64,000 nucleotides of DNA. Source: Candidatus Cloacimonadota bacterium. GTDB taxonomy: Bacteria > Cloacimonadota > Cloacimonadia > G963667145. Of the stretch, positions 18,763 through 27,160 are shown in pieces. Position 1 is the first letter of the stretch, and every line of letters starts with the position of its first letter. Under the pieces are notes generated by a model. That model ran no database searches, was not told where the DNA came from, and saw only the letters and a list, made by a program, of their open reading frames with translations. A program made the position numbers and the translations under genes. Location: contig OY762940.1 of NCBI GenBank assembly GCA_963667255.1, positions 1,079,503-1,143,502 on the forward strand, given 5' to 3'.

Positions 18763-19938
18763 TTGGGGGTCAGGTCAATGAATAGAAAAATCGCTTTGGA
18801 AATTTTATTGCAAAAAGTTTCCGCTTTAAATTCTTTTAAAATTAATGTCTCAAAAAGCGAAAATTGTGTTCTTGCTTCTCCCGTTTTTTCTCAAATAGAT
18901 TTACCTTCTTTTGATAAATCCGCCATGGACGGCTTTGCCATTTGTGAAGATGAAACTCAAGAAACTTTGCAAGTGGTTGATTTTACAGCTGCTGGCGAAT
19001 CTCCTTCCTCAAAACTTAGCAAAGGGAAAGCGGTTAAAATTTTGACTGGAGCACCTGTTCCTAAAAATGCTTGGAAAATTATTCCCAAAGAATTGGTTAG
19101 TGAAAATGAGAATACTATTGTTCTTAATTGTCAGCTTAAGGAAGCTCCAAACAATATTTGCTCAAAAGGCGAGGATATCCCCCAAGGGCAACTTTTGTAT
19201 CCCAAGGGGACTTTGATTGATATCCGAAAAAAAGCGACTTTGGTTTTTGCAGGAGTAAATGAGGTTGAGGTTTTTTCCAAGCCGAGAATATCGGTGATTA
19301 CCACAGGAAGCGAGGTAGTTTCCTTTGGCGATAAAAGAGGCAAATACCAAGTTTATAATGCCAATGCAGAGTTGCTTTTCGGACTTTTAAATAAAGAGTT
19401 GGACACGGCAGATTTTTCGCATGTTGCCGACGAATACTCTTTGGTGGAAGCGGAATTTAATCAAAAATTTGAGAAGTCCGATTTGTTGATTTTTACCGGT
19501 GGAGCTTCCGTAGGCAAATTTGATTATGTGAAAAAAATGCTGAAATCTTTGGGAGCGGAGGAACTTTTTTCTGGTTTGTCCATCAGACCCGCACGACCTA
19601 CAGCTTGCTATTTGTTTAAGGGCAAATTGATTTTTTCGCTTCCGGGTAATCCTGTGGCGGTTTTTTTGGCTTACCATTTGTTTGTTTTGCCTGTGATTTA
19701 CAAAATGCAGTCCAAAGTTTGTAATTTATTTAGAGAAGTAGAAATTACTGGAAAATTACAAGTTAGATTAAAAGACAGAGAAAATTTTGTTCCGATAAAA
19801 TATAATGACAAAAAAATCGAAATTCTTGATTATAACGGACCTGCGGATTTATATCATATCTCACTTGCAGATGGGTTTTTAGTCGTTCCGCCGGAAACAA
19901 AAATTGTAGAAGGCAAAGCGAAAGTTTTGCTCTTTTAA
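18763..19938 (+). CDS. moeA: MoeA-family molybdopterin molybdenum/tungsten transferase
   Basis: SAMDGFAI motif and GGASVGKFDY / SLPGNP MoeA-type motifs; start may be the ATG at 18778. Confidence 0.75.
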   Translation: MGVRSMNRKIALEILLQKVSALNSFKINVSKSENCVLASPVFSQIDLPSFDKSAMDGFAICEDETQETLQVVDFTAAGESPSSKLSKGKAVKILTGAPVPKNAWKIIPKELVSENENTIVLNCQLKEAPNNICSKGEDIPQGQLLYPKGTLIDIRKKATLVFAGVNEVEVFSKPRISVITTGSEVVSFGDKRGKYQVYNANAELLFGLLNKELDTADFSHVADEYSLVEAEFNQKFEKSDLLIFTGGASVGKFDYVKKMLKSLGAEELFSGLSIRPARPTACYLFKGKLIFSLPGNPVAVFLAYHLFVLPVIYKMQSKVCNLFREVEITGKLQVRLKDRENFVPIKYNDKKIEILDYNGPADLYHISLADGFLVVPPETKIVEGKAKVLLF

Positions 19939-19962
19939 AATAACAAAAAAATTAAGGAGGAC

Positions 19963-20910
19963 ATGATTATGTTCAAAAAATTGAAATTAGTGGCTTTGAT
20001 TTGCATTTTTGCTTTTTCGTCTCTTTTGGCTAAAGAAAGTAAGTTGGTAATTTTCCATGCGGGGAGTTTGGCTATTCCTTTGCAAAAAATGAGCGAGGCT
20101 TTTAACGAGAAGTATCCAGATGTGCAAATAATGAGAGAAGCAGCCGGTTCTCGTGTATGTGCAAGAAAAATCAGTGAGTTGAATAAAAAAGCCGATATTA
20201 TGTTTTCTGCTGATTATACGGTAATTGATGAACTTTTGATTCCTAAGTTTGCCGATTGGAACATTCATTTTGTAACCAACGAAATGGCTATTATGTTTGG
20301 TCATAATGCAAAATATGCCGATGAGATTACTGTTGAAAATTGGCCTGAAATTTTACTTCGCAAAGATGTAACTTACGGACATTCAGACCCTAATGCTGAC
20401 CCATGTGGCTATAGAAGTCAACTTGTTTGGCAATTGGCTGAAAAGTATTACAAATTACCTGGTTTGTATGAAAAATTGAGAGAAAACAATCCTATCGTGA
20501 GACCAAAAGAGACTGACTTGGTGGCTTTGTTGGAAGCCGGAACTCTTAACTATTTGTTTATCTATCGTTCTGTTGCTCAGCAACATGGAGCTAAATATTT
20601 GGTATTGCCTGATGAAATAAATTTGAAGACTGCCAAATTTGCTGATTTTTACAAACAAGCTACTTTTGATATTAGCGGCAAAAAGCCTGGGGAGTTCATT
20701 ACCAAAAAAGGTGCTCCAATGGTTTATGGATTGACTATTCCTAACAATGCGGTAAACAAAAAAATGGCTGAAAAGTTTGTAGCTTTTGTTTTGAGTGAAG
20801 AGGGAAGAAAAATTATGGAAGATTGTGGTCAACCTGCTATCGTTCCGGCAAAGATTACCGGCAAAGAAAAATCACTTCCTTCTTCTATAAAAAAATTTGT
20901 AAAAGAGTAA
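19963..20910 (+). CDS. Tungstate/molybdate ABC transporter substrate-binding protein (WtpA/ModA-like)
   Basis: Signal peptide, periplasmic binding protein pattern similar to WtpA; adjacent permease and TOBE-domain ATPase. Confidence 0.6.
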   Translation: MIMFKKLKLVALICIFAFSSLLAKESKLVIFHAGSLAIPLQKMSEAFNEKYPDVQIMREAAGSRVCARKISELNKKADIMFSADYTVIDELLIPKFADWNIHFVTNEMAIMFGHNAKYADEITVENWPEILLRKDVTYGHSDPNADPCGYRSQLVWQLAEKYYKLPGLYEKLRENNPIVRPKETDLVALLEAGTLNYLFIYRSVAQQHGAKYLVLPDEINLKTAKFADFYKQATFDISGKKPGEFITKKGAPMVYGLTIPNNAVNKKMAEKFVAFVLSEEGRKIMEDCGQPAIVPAKITGKEKSLPSSIKKFVKE

Positions 20911-20925
20911 AAACAGGAAAATCAA

Positions 20926-21696
20926 GTGAAAAAAGTTTTTATTGCTTTGGGTGCGATAATCATCTTTATGATTGTTTTTCCGATTATAAAGATTTTTTGG
21001 GGAATTGACCTTACTATTCTTAGCGATACTTTGAGAGATTCTGTGGTTTTTTCGGCAGTTTTTACTTCTTTGGAATGTTCGCTCTATGCCACACTTGCAG
21101 GATTTCTTCTGGGAATTCCGCTTGCTTACATTATCGCCAGACACAATTTTTATGGTAAAGAACTGGTTTCTTCAATTATAAATATCCCTATCGTCGTGCC
21201 ACATTCGGCGGCAGGGATAGCTCTTTTGTCGGCTTTTGCTTCTCATACTTTTTTGGGGAAAGGGCTTGCCGCACTTGGACTTACCATCATCGATACCAAG
21301 CTTGGTATAAGTTTGGGGATGTTTTTTTTGAGTGTGCCTTTTCTCATCAATCAAAGTATTGGGGGGTTTCTAAGCTATGACGAGAGAATAGAAAAATCTG
21401 CTAGAGTTTTAGGAGCTGGTTTTAGCAGAACTTTTTTTACCATCAGTTTGCCACTTGCTCGGCACGGCATCATCAAAGGTTTCATCATGATGTGGGCAAG
21501 AGGTATTTCGGAGTTCGGAGCTGTGGTCATTTTGGCTTATCATCCGCTTACAGCTTCCGTTTTGATTTTTGAAAGATTTGGAGCTTTCGGCTTGAGATAT
21601 TCCAAGCCGATTGCTTCTTTATTAATTTTAATCTGCCTGTTCATTTTTATGGTAGTGCAATTGATTTCCAATGTTAAAAATAAATCAGATAACTAA
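20926..21696 (+). CDS. ABC transporter permease (WtpB/ModB-like)
   Basis: Polytopic membrane protein with EAA-like loop region typical of ABC importer permeases. Confidence 0.7.
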   Translation: MKKVFIALGAIIIFMIVFPIIKIFWGIDLTILSDTLRDSVVFSAVFTSLECSLYATLAGFLLGIPLAYIIARHNFYGKELVSSIINIPIVVPHSAAGIALLSAFASHTFLGKGLAALGLTIIDTKLGISLGMFFLSVPFLINQSIGGFLSYDERIEKSARVLGAGFSRTFFTISLPLARHGIIKGFIMMWARGISEFGAVVILAYHPLTASVLIFERFGAFGLRYSKPIASLLILICLFIFMVVQLISNVKNKSDN

Positions 21697-22699
21697 AAAA
21701 TTTTCCCAATTTACTCTAAACGAGATAAATTTTACCATTAATAAGGGCGAATGCACCGCAATTTTGGGTCCGTCAGGTTCGGGCAAAACTATTTTGATGG
21801 AGACGATTGTCGGCATTCACAAGCAAACTTCGGGGCAACTATTCCTAAACGGCAAAGAGATTAGCCATACCAAGCCCGAAAATCGCGATATTTCGCTTTT
21901 GTATCAAAATTATATGCTTTTCCCACATCTCAATGTTTACGAAAATATAGCTTTCCCGCTAAAATTACGAAAAATTCCTGAAATTCCGCAAAAGATAAGC
22001 AAAATTGCTCATTTATTGAAGATTGAACATCTTTTGAAAAGGTCGGTTCATAACCTTTCTGGTGGAGAAAAACAGCGGGTCGCTCTTGCCAGAGCCATTA
22101 TTTTTGAACCGCAAGTTCTTCTTTTGGACGAGCCAACTTCGGCGATTGACACTCATATGAAGCGAAAAGTTCGCAAGCTAATTCGGGAAATTCACAAAAG
22201 TCTCAATCTGACTATTCTCTTGGTCACTCATTCCATTGAGGAGGCTATCTATTTGGCGGATTCTTTTGTCTTCCTAAAAGATGGTCAGCAATTACAACAA
22301 GGCAAAAAGTTTGAAGTTTTCAACAATCCCCAAAATCGTTATATCGCCAATTTTCTCGGCTATGACAATGTTTTTGAAGGAGAGGTTGAAGACGGCAAAT
22401 TTGCTATCAAAAACACCAATCTCAAAATATCTTTTTTTAAAGAAGAGATTCCCAAGTGTATTCATGTTTCGCCCGACAATATCATCATTTCCAAGGAAAA
22501 GCCCGAGAGTTCGGCAGTGAATGTTTTTGAAGGAACATTGCAAGATTTTGCTTTCAAAGGCAGTTTCTATCAATTGTTTTTCGACATCGGAGTGGAAATT
22601 TTGGTAAATATCACAGATGCCTCATTCGAAAATCTCCAACCAAAACTCGGCACCAAATTTTATCTATCATTCAAAGAAAGAGGAGTGAAGGGGTTTTAG
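21671..22699 (+). CDS. ABC transporter ATP-binding protein with C-terminal TOBE-like domain (WtpC/ModC-like)
   Basis: Walker A GPSGSGKT, signature LSGGEKQR, Walker B LLLDEPTSAID, about 110 aa C-terminal extension. Confidence 0.75.
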   Translation: MLKINQITKKFSQFTLNEINFTINKGECTAILGPSGSGKTILMETIVGIHKQTSGQLFLNGKEISHTKPENRDISLLYQNYMLFPHLNVYENIAFPLKLRKIPEIPQKISKIAHLLKIEHLLKRSVHNLSGGEKQRVALARAIIFEPQVLLLDEPTSAIDTHMKRKVRKLIREIHKSLNLTILLVTHSIEEAIYLADSFVFLKDGQQLQQGKKFEVFNNPQNRYIANFLGYDNVFEGEVEDGKFAIKNTNLKISFFKEEIPKCIHVSPDNIIISKEKPESSAVNVFEGTLQDFAFKGSFYQLFFDIGVEILVNITDASFENLQPKLGTKFYLSFKERGVKGF

Positions 22700-22708
22700 G
22701 AAATAAAA

Positions 22709-22716
22709 TAATTTAA
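22709..22716. repeat. Target-site duplication (left copy) TAATTTAA
   Basis: Identical 8-mer directly abuts the outer ends of both inverted repeats. Confidence 0.65.
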
Positions 22717-22733
22717 GGTTCAAGATAACTTGA
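22717..22733. repeat. IS left terminal inverted repeat GGTTCAAGATAACTTGA
   Basis: Perfect 17-bp reverse complement of 23437-23453. Confidence 0.8.
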
Positions 22734-22763
22734 CAAGTGAATTATACTAGTTAAGTTGTTGAT

Positions 22764-23450
22764 ATGCCAATAAGAAACAAGTACGTAAAAAACTCCAAAA
22801 TTTCTGAAGAAAAATTTAGAGAAATAATTAAGTTTTTTTCTTTGGATATTGAGGCTAGTAAAATAGCACTTTTGACCAAAATTAGTAGAAAAACAGTTAA
22901 CAATTATTTACTTAAAATTAGAGAGAGAATTGCTGAATTTTGTTGTGAGGATTCTCATCTTTCTGGAATAATTGAAGTTGATGAATCTTACTTTGGAGCG
23001 AAAAGAGTTAAGGGGAAACGAGGACGAGGTGCTGGAGGTAAAATTAAAGTTTTCTGATTGCTCAAAAGAGGCGACAAAGTTTACACTCAAATGGTTGATA
23101 ATTGTAGCAGAAAGACATTACAAGCGATAATAAAAGAAAGGATAGAAAAGGGTAGTGAAATTCACTCTGATGGATGGAAAGCTTATAATGGATTGGTTGA
23201 TTTAGGATACCAAAAACACTATAGAGTTGACCATTCGAGCAATGAATTTGCCAATAAAAATGGACATATTAATGGGATTGAGAACTTTTGGGGAATAGCA
23301 AAATTGAGACTAACAAAATTTAAAGGAATTCATAAAAATATGTTCTATTTACACTTAAAAGAATGTGAATTTAGGTTTAATCATAGAAAGCAAAATTTAT
23401 ATAAAATTTTGCTAAAAATGTTCCGAAATAATCCGCTCAAGTTATCTTGA
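22764..23450 (+). pseudogene. IS1595-family (ISXO2-like) DDE transposase interrupted by a single in-frame TGA (23055-23057) at a conserved Gly position
   Basis: Translations ...IIEVDESYFGAKRVKGKRGRGAGGKIKVF*LLKRGDKVYTQ...SEIHSDGWKAYNGL...HYRVDHS...NGIENFWG... match the family pattern ETYFGGKRKGKRGRGA-GK-VFG-LER-G-V; stop replaces the G of VFG. Confidence 0.7.
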
Positions 23451-23453
23451 ACC
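23437..23453. repeat. IS right terminal inverted repeat
   Basis: Reverse complement equals GGTTCAAGATAACTTGA. Confidence 0.8.
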
Positions 23454-23461
23454 TAATTTAA
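23454..23461. repeat. Target-site duplication (right copy) TAATTTAA
   Basis: Identical to 22709-22716. Confidence 0.65.
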
Positions 23462-23471
23462 ATATTTTGAA

Positions 23472-23500
23472 TTGACAGATTTTAATTTAAAGTGTTTATA
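23472..23500 (+). promoter_or_regulatory. Sigma70-like promoter candidate for the HerA-NurA-MTase operon
   Basis: TTGACA, 17-nt spacer ending in TG, then TTTATA; about 37 nt upstream of the ATG at 23538, with gagg RBS in between. Confidence 0.3.
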
Positions 23501-23537
23501 GGTATTTGTTTTTTCCAAAATTTTAATTGAGGTTTAG

Positions 23538-25781
23538 ATGAGTATAGAACAAAGTATAATTTCTAGGCGAGAAAGTGATAAGAAAGTTGAAACCCAACAA
23601 TGGTTTCAAAAACTTATACAAACAAGCGAATATGTTGGTGATTTGTATTCTATCAACTATGAAACCGCAAGAGTAATAATTCATGATTTCTATAGAGAGA
23701 AAGTCGGAGGAATTCCAAGCTTAAGTTTTTTAATTGCCTCAAGAGTTGACCCCAATAATTCAGAAATTGATTTTAAAACAGAGGATGCATCATTTATTCT
23801 TTTAAGAGTAATGGATGCTATAGCGCTTCCGCAGGATAGAGAGGCAGAAAGAATTAGAGTTGAAACAGCACAAAGAATAAGTGGTGAAACTGAAAAAAAT
23901 TGGGATGAAGCAGGTTCAATGGATTTAAGAACAAAAAATCTGTTAAGTTTTGCTGGTGTTCAGTGCAGAATAATTGGAACATTTTATCTCGAAGAAAATG
24001 GAGAAAATGGAGAAGCACCACTTAATTTAAAATTTGGTAGTGATATTTCAAATTATTATCCAAACAGAGGATTAAAAGTTTATAAACCAAACGGGAAGGC
24101 TCTTGAGTTAATAGTAAATTATTCTGATCCTTCAAATATTCAAGCACACATTGAAAAATATGGAAACACAGAAAATGTAAAATTGGGTTTTGTAAGATAT
24201 GCTTCAACAAATAGAAAATATCAACAAATTAGTGATGTCCCTGTTTATATTTATCCAGCAGACCTTCTATCTCAAAAATCTGCCTTGTTTGGAATGACAA
24301 GGACAGGAAAATCCAATACGACTAAAATAATTGCAAAATCTGTTTTTGAATTACGAAATGCACAACGGTCTGGAGAAAATCCATTAAGAATTGGACAAAT
24401 AATTTTTGATCCCAACGGTGAATATGCCAATGAAAATGTTCAAGATAGGGACGGTAGCGGTAATCCAAATGCATTAAAAAATATTTGGCGAAAAGACGAA
24501 ACTTTAAGAAATATTGCTGATAAGCTGAAACAACAATATATTCAAGAAACAGAAATCGAAGAAAAGAAAAGATTATGGAATGAAATAAAATCATTGGTTG
24601 AAACAGAGGTGGTTACATATGGTATTTTACCACATCCACTAGACCCATTTCGTAGATTAATGAAAATAAACTTTTATGAAGAAGACAATCTTCAAATAGG
24701 TAAAGAAATCATTGATTTTAAAATTGCGGAGCAGTCAGCTCAGTATATTAAAAATTTTCGACAAGTTGTTTTCAAAAGACCAGTAGAAGATGAATACGAG
24801 AATGAGGTTGAATTTAATGGACAATTAAGGCGTTTTGAGAGAAGAGTTCTTGTTTATTGTGCATTGCTAAATAAAGCAGGTTTTAATCCACCGTTTCGAA
24901 CAGTTAATATTTCAAGAATGTTTAATGCTGACCTAAGAAATGCTATGATTAACTATTCTGAAAAAAAATTTACACGTAAACAAGGATTAATAAATGCAGC
25001 GGGTCAAACTCTGTCACAAACAAATGTAACCTGGGATAGTCTTGCACCTGCTTTTGAAGGTTTGTTCCATTTCCTTTCAACTGCTGATTACAATACATTC
25101 AACCAAGATTACATAAATAATCATCGTGATGATGAGAATGAGGATGCTACAGGAGAAGGTTGGGCTGAAGCAGAACTTGAAAGTTTGTTGGAAATGTTTA
25201 ATTATTCAAAAGCTATTAATCTAATTGGTGGTGTAAATACACAACATACAACATCAATAAGAACAGATTACGCCGAAGATATTTATAATGATTTAACTGA
25301 AGGGAAACTTGTTATTATTGACCAATCAAGTGGTGAGCCAGAACTAAACAAGTCTTCAGCAAATAGAATAATGTGGCATATTTTTAAAGCTAACCAAAGT
25401 GCATTTCGAGAGGGTGAGAAATTAATTCCCGAAATATTGGTTTATGTGGAGGAAGCTCATAATATATTACCAGCTGGTAATGATTTAGATTTAACCGATG
25501 TTTGGGTTAGGACAGCAAAGGAAGGTTCAAAATATAGAATTGGGATGGTTTACGCAACCCAAGAAGTAAGTAGTATTCAAAGAAATATTTTAAAAAATAC
25601 AGCGAATTGGTTTATAAGCCATTTAAACAATACTGATGAAACCAAAGAACTATGCAAGTACTATGATTTTGAAGACTTTGAGCCATCAATAAGGCGAGCA
25701 CAGGATAAGGGTTTTTTAAGAGTTAAAACTTTAAGCAATCTGTTTGTAATTCCAGTTCAGGTTGACAAATTTGAAGTCTAA
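23538..25781 (+). CDS. HerA/DUF87-like (FtsK-HerA superfamily) ATPase with about 250-aa N-terminal domain of unknown type
   Basis: Walker A GMTRTGKS (about aa 252), Walker B of hhhh-EEAH type ILVYVEEAH (about aa 637), downstream ATQ motif RIGMVYATQEV typical of HerA-family ATPases. Confidence 0.6.
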   Translation: MSIEQSIISRRESDKKVETQQWFQKLIQTSEYVGDLYSINYETARVIIHDFYREKVGGIPSLSFLIASRVDPNNSEIDFKTEDASFILLRVMDAIALPQDREAERIRVETAQRISGETEKNWDEAGSMDLRTKNLLSFAGVQCRIIGTFYLEENGENGEAPLNLKFGSDISNYYPNRGLKVYKPNGKALELIVNYSDPSNIQAHIEKYGNTENVKLGFVRYASTNRKYQQISDVPVYIYPADLLSQKSALFGMTRTGKSNTTKIIAKSVFELRNAQRSGENPLRIGQIIFDPNGEYANENVQDRDGSGNPNALKNIWRKDETLRNIADKLKQQYIQETEIEEKKRLWNEIKSLVETEVVTYGILPHPLDPFRRLMKINFYEEDNLQIGKEIIDFKIAEQSAQYIKNFRQVVFKRPVEDEYENEVEFNGQLRRFERRVLVYCALLNKAGFNPPFRTVNISRMFNADLRNAMINYSEKKFTRKQGLINAAGQTLSQTNVTWDSLAPAFEGLFHFLSTADYNTFNQDYINNHRDDENEDATGEGWAEAELESLLEMFNYSKAINLIGGVNTQHTTSIRTDYAEDIYNDLTEGKLVIIDQSSGEPELNKSSANRIMWHIFKANQSAFREGEKLIPEILVYVEEAHNILPAGNDLDLTDVWVRTAKEGSKYRIGMVYATQEVSSIQRNILKNTANWFISHLNNTDETKELCKYYDFEDFEPSIRRAQDKGFLRVKTLSNLFVIPVQVDKFEV

Positions 25782-25792
25782 ATTGAGTTAAT

Positions 25793-27160
25793 ATGGGGTT
25801 TGAAGGAGAATTTGCCAGTTATGAGCCATTAAGGCGAATGCTTGATAGTGATAAAGTTAAATCACTACAAGACAGACTGAAAATACGAAAACAAGAAGAA
25901 GAAACAGATACTTTCACTGGCTCAATTGTTAAAAAGTCAGACTTGACTGAAAGCTCAATACAACCTGATTTAGTTTTAGCAATTGATGGAAGCAATTTGG
26001 CGGCTAAAGCTGAAAGTGGATTTCCGGGTGCTGAATTTGGATATATTACAATAGCTTCTGTTTTAATAGATTTAAAACTTATTGATGATTTAGAAAAGAA
26101 ACAGTTTATTGACCCCAAAAAGGTTAGAGAAACAGAAAAAGCATCGACAATAGAAAGTGTCTTCCCCGGTTGCAATGTAATTTTGGACACAGAAAAAAAT
26201 GCAAATGCTTCACTTCGAAGAGCATTATTTGAAGAATTAAAATGTAACACAATATTTGCTAACGGTGGAGAAACATTATTGGATACTTATGAATACCTCT
26301 TCAGAATAAAGAGAGAGCATTTCTCTGAAAGCCGTCTTCCAAGAAGCCCTATTGATGGTATTGATAAAGAAATGACTTATGGATACGATGAATATCCTTG
26401 TCCTCATTCAGGAGAGCCATTATATTCAACTGATGCTTTGCGTTTACATGAATTAATGAATCCTGGTGGTAGTAATGGTGAAATGTTTGGGCAAATAATG
26501 TCAACTCTTGAAAAGGTATGGTTGGTTCATATACTCAGAGCATTTGAACAAAAAGAATGGTTATCAACCCTTCGGAGAGTAGCATTTATTATGGATGGAC
26601 CATTAGCTGTATTTAGTACTTCATCTTGGTTGACAAAAGTTATTAATTATGAATTAAATAGGCTAAATGAATTGCAGAAAGCAGTTAACGGTCAGGATTT
26701 ATTAATTATCGGTATTGAAAAATCAGGAACATTCGTAAATCATTTCGAAGAAATTGATACGACTAAAGATGGAGTTACAGATAAATTTCCAAAACAATCA
26801 GCATTACTGCTTGACGATGGCTATATAAAAAGAAATATTATTTTTTCTGAAAGCATAAAACCATATGGTCAAGACACTTATTTTGGAAGAAAAATATTTT
26901 ATAAAACTGCTTCTGGACAAAAAATAGTTCCAGTAATTGCATGTTATAATGACCAACAAAGAAATACCTCAACAGCAAATCCAAATCAATTTTCAAGGCT
27001 TTCAGATGTTATGAATTTGCTTGATAAATTGGTTTCAAGTAGATATCCAAATTCCGTTTCTCCTTTAGTATCTGCTCATGCAGAAGCAGCAATTCCTTTA
27101 AATTTAGGTAAACGGATATTTGAGGATATTGCAAGAGAAATAAGAGAAAAATCAAATTGA
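25793..27160 (+). CDS. NurA-like nuclease
   Basis: N-terminal LVLAIDGS motif, central IIGIEKSG motif, C-terminal His (SAHAEAA) consistent with NurA D-E-D-H layout; 11-nt gap to upstream gene. Confidence 0.5.
   Translation: MGFEGEFASYEPLRRMLDSDKVKSLQDRLKIRKQEEETDTFTGSIVKKSDLTESSIQPDLVLAIDGSNLAAKAESGFPGAEFGYITIASVLIDLKLIDDLEKKQFIDPKKVRETEKASTIESVFPGCNVILDTEKNANASLRRALFEELKCNTIFANGGETLLDTYEYLFRIKREHFSESRLPRSPIDGIDKEMTYGYDEYPCPHSGEPLYSTDALRLHELMNPGGSNGEMFGQIMSTLEKVWLVHILRAFEQKEWLSTLRRVAFIMDGPLAVFSTSSWLTKVINYELNRLNELQKAVNGQDLLIIGIEKSGTFVNHFEEIDTTKDGVTDKFPKQSALLLDDGYIKRNIIFSESIKPYGQDTYFGRKIFYKTASGQKIVPVIACYNDQQRNTSTANPNQFSRLSDVMNLLDKLVSSRYPNSVSPLVSAHAEAAIPLNLGKRIFEDIAREIREKSN

Larger units (their letters stand above)
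22717..23453 (+). mobile_element. IS1595-family insertion sequence (about 737 bp) with TIRs and 8-bp TSD
   Basis: 17-bp perfect terminal inverted repeats, flanking 8-bp direct repeat, internal ORFs matching ISXO2/IS1595 DDE transposase motifs. Confidence 0.75.

Noticed and set aside
22764-23450. Possibility that the whole genome uses an alternative code with TGA=Gly (code 25), prompted by the transposase TGA at a conserved Gly
   Set aside because: TGA closes several conserved genes at their expected C-termini (e.g. nuoE-like 15224-15226, pheT 37730-37732, pfk 30338-30340, NurA-like 27158-27160), so the host uses the standard code; the transposase TGA is best read as a nonsense mutation.
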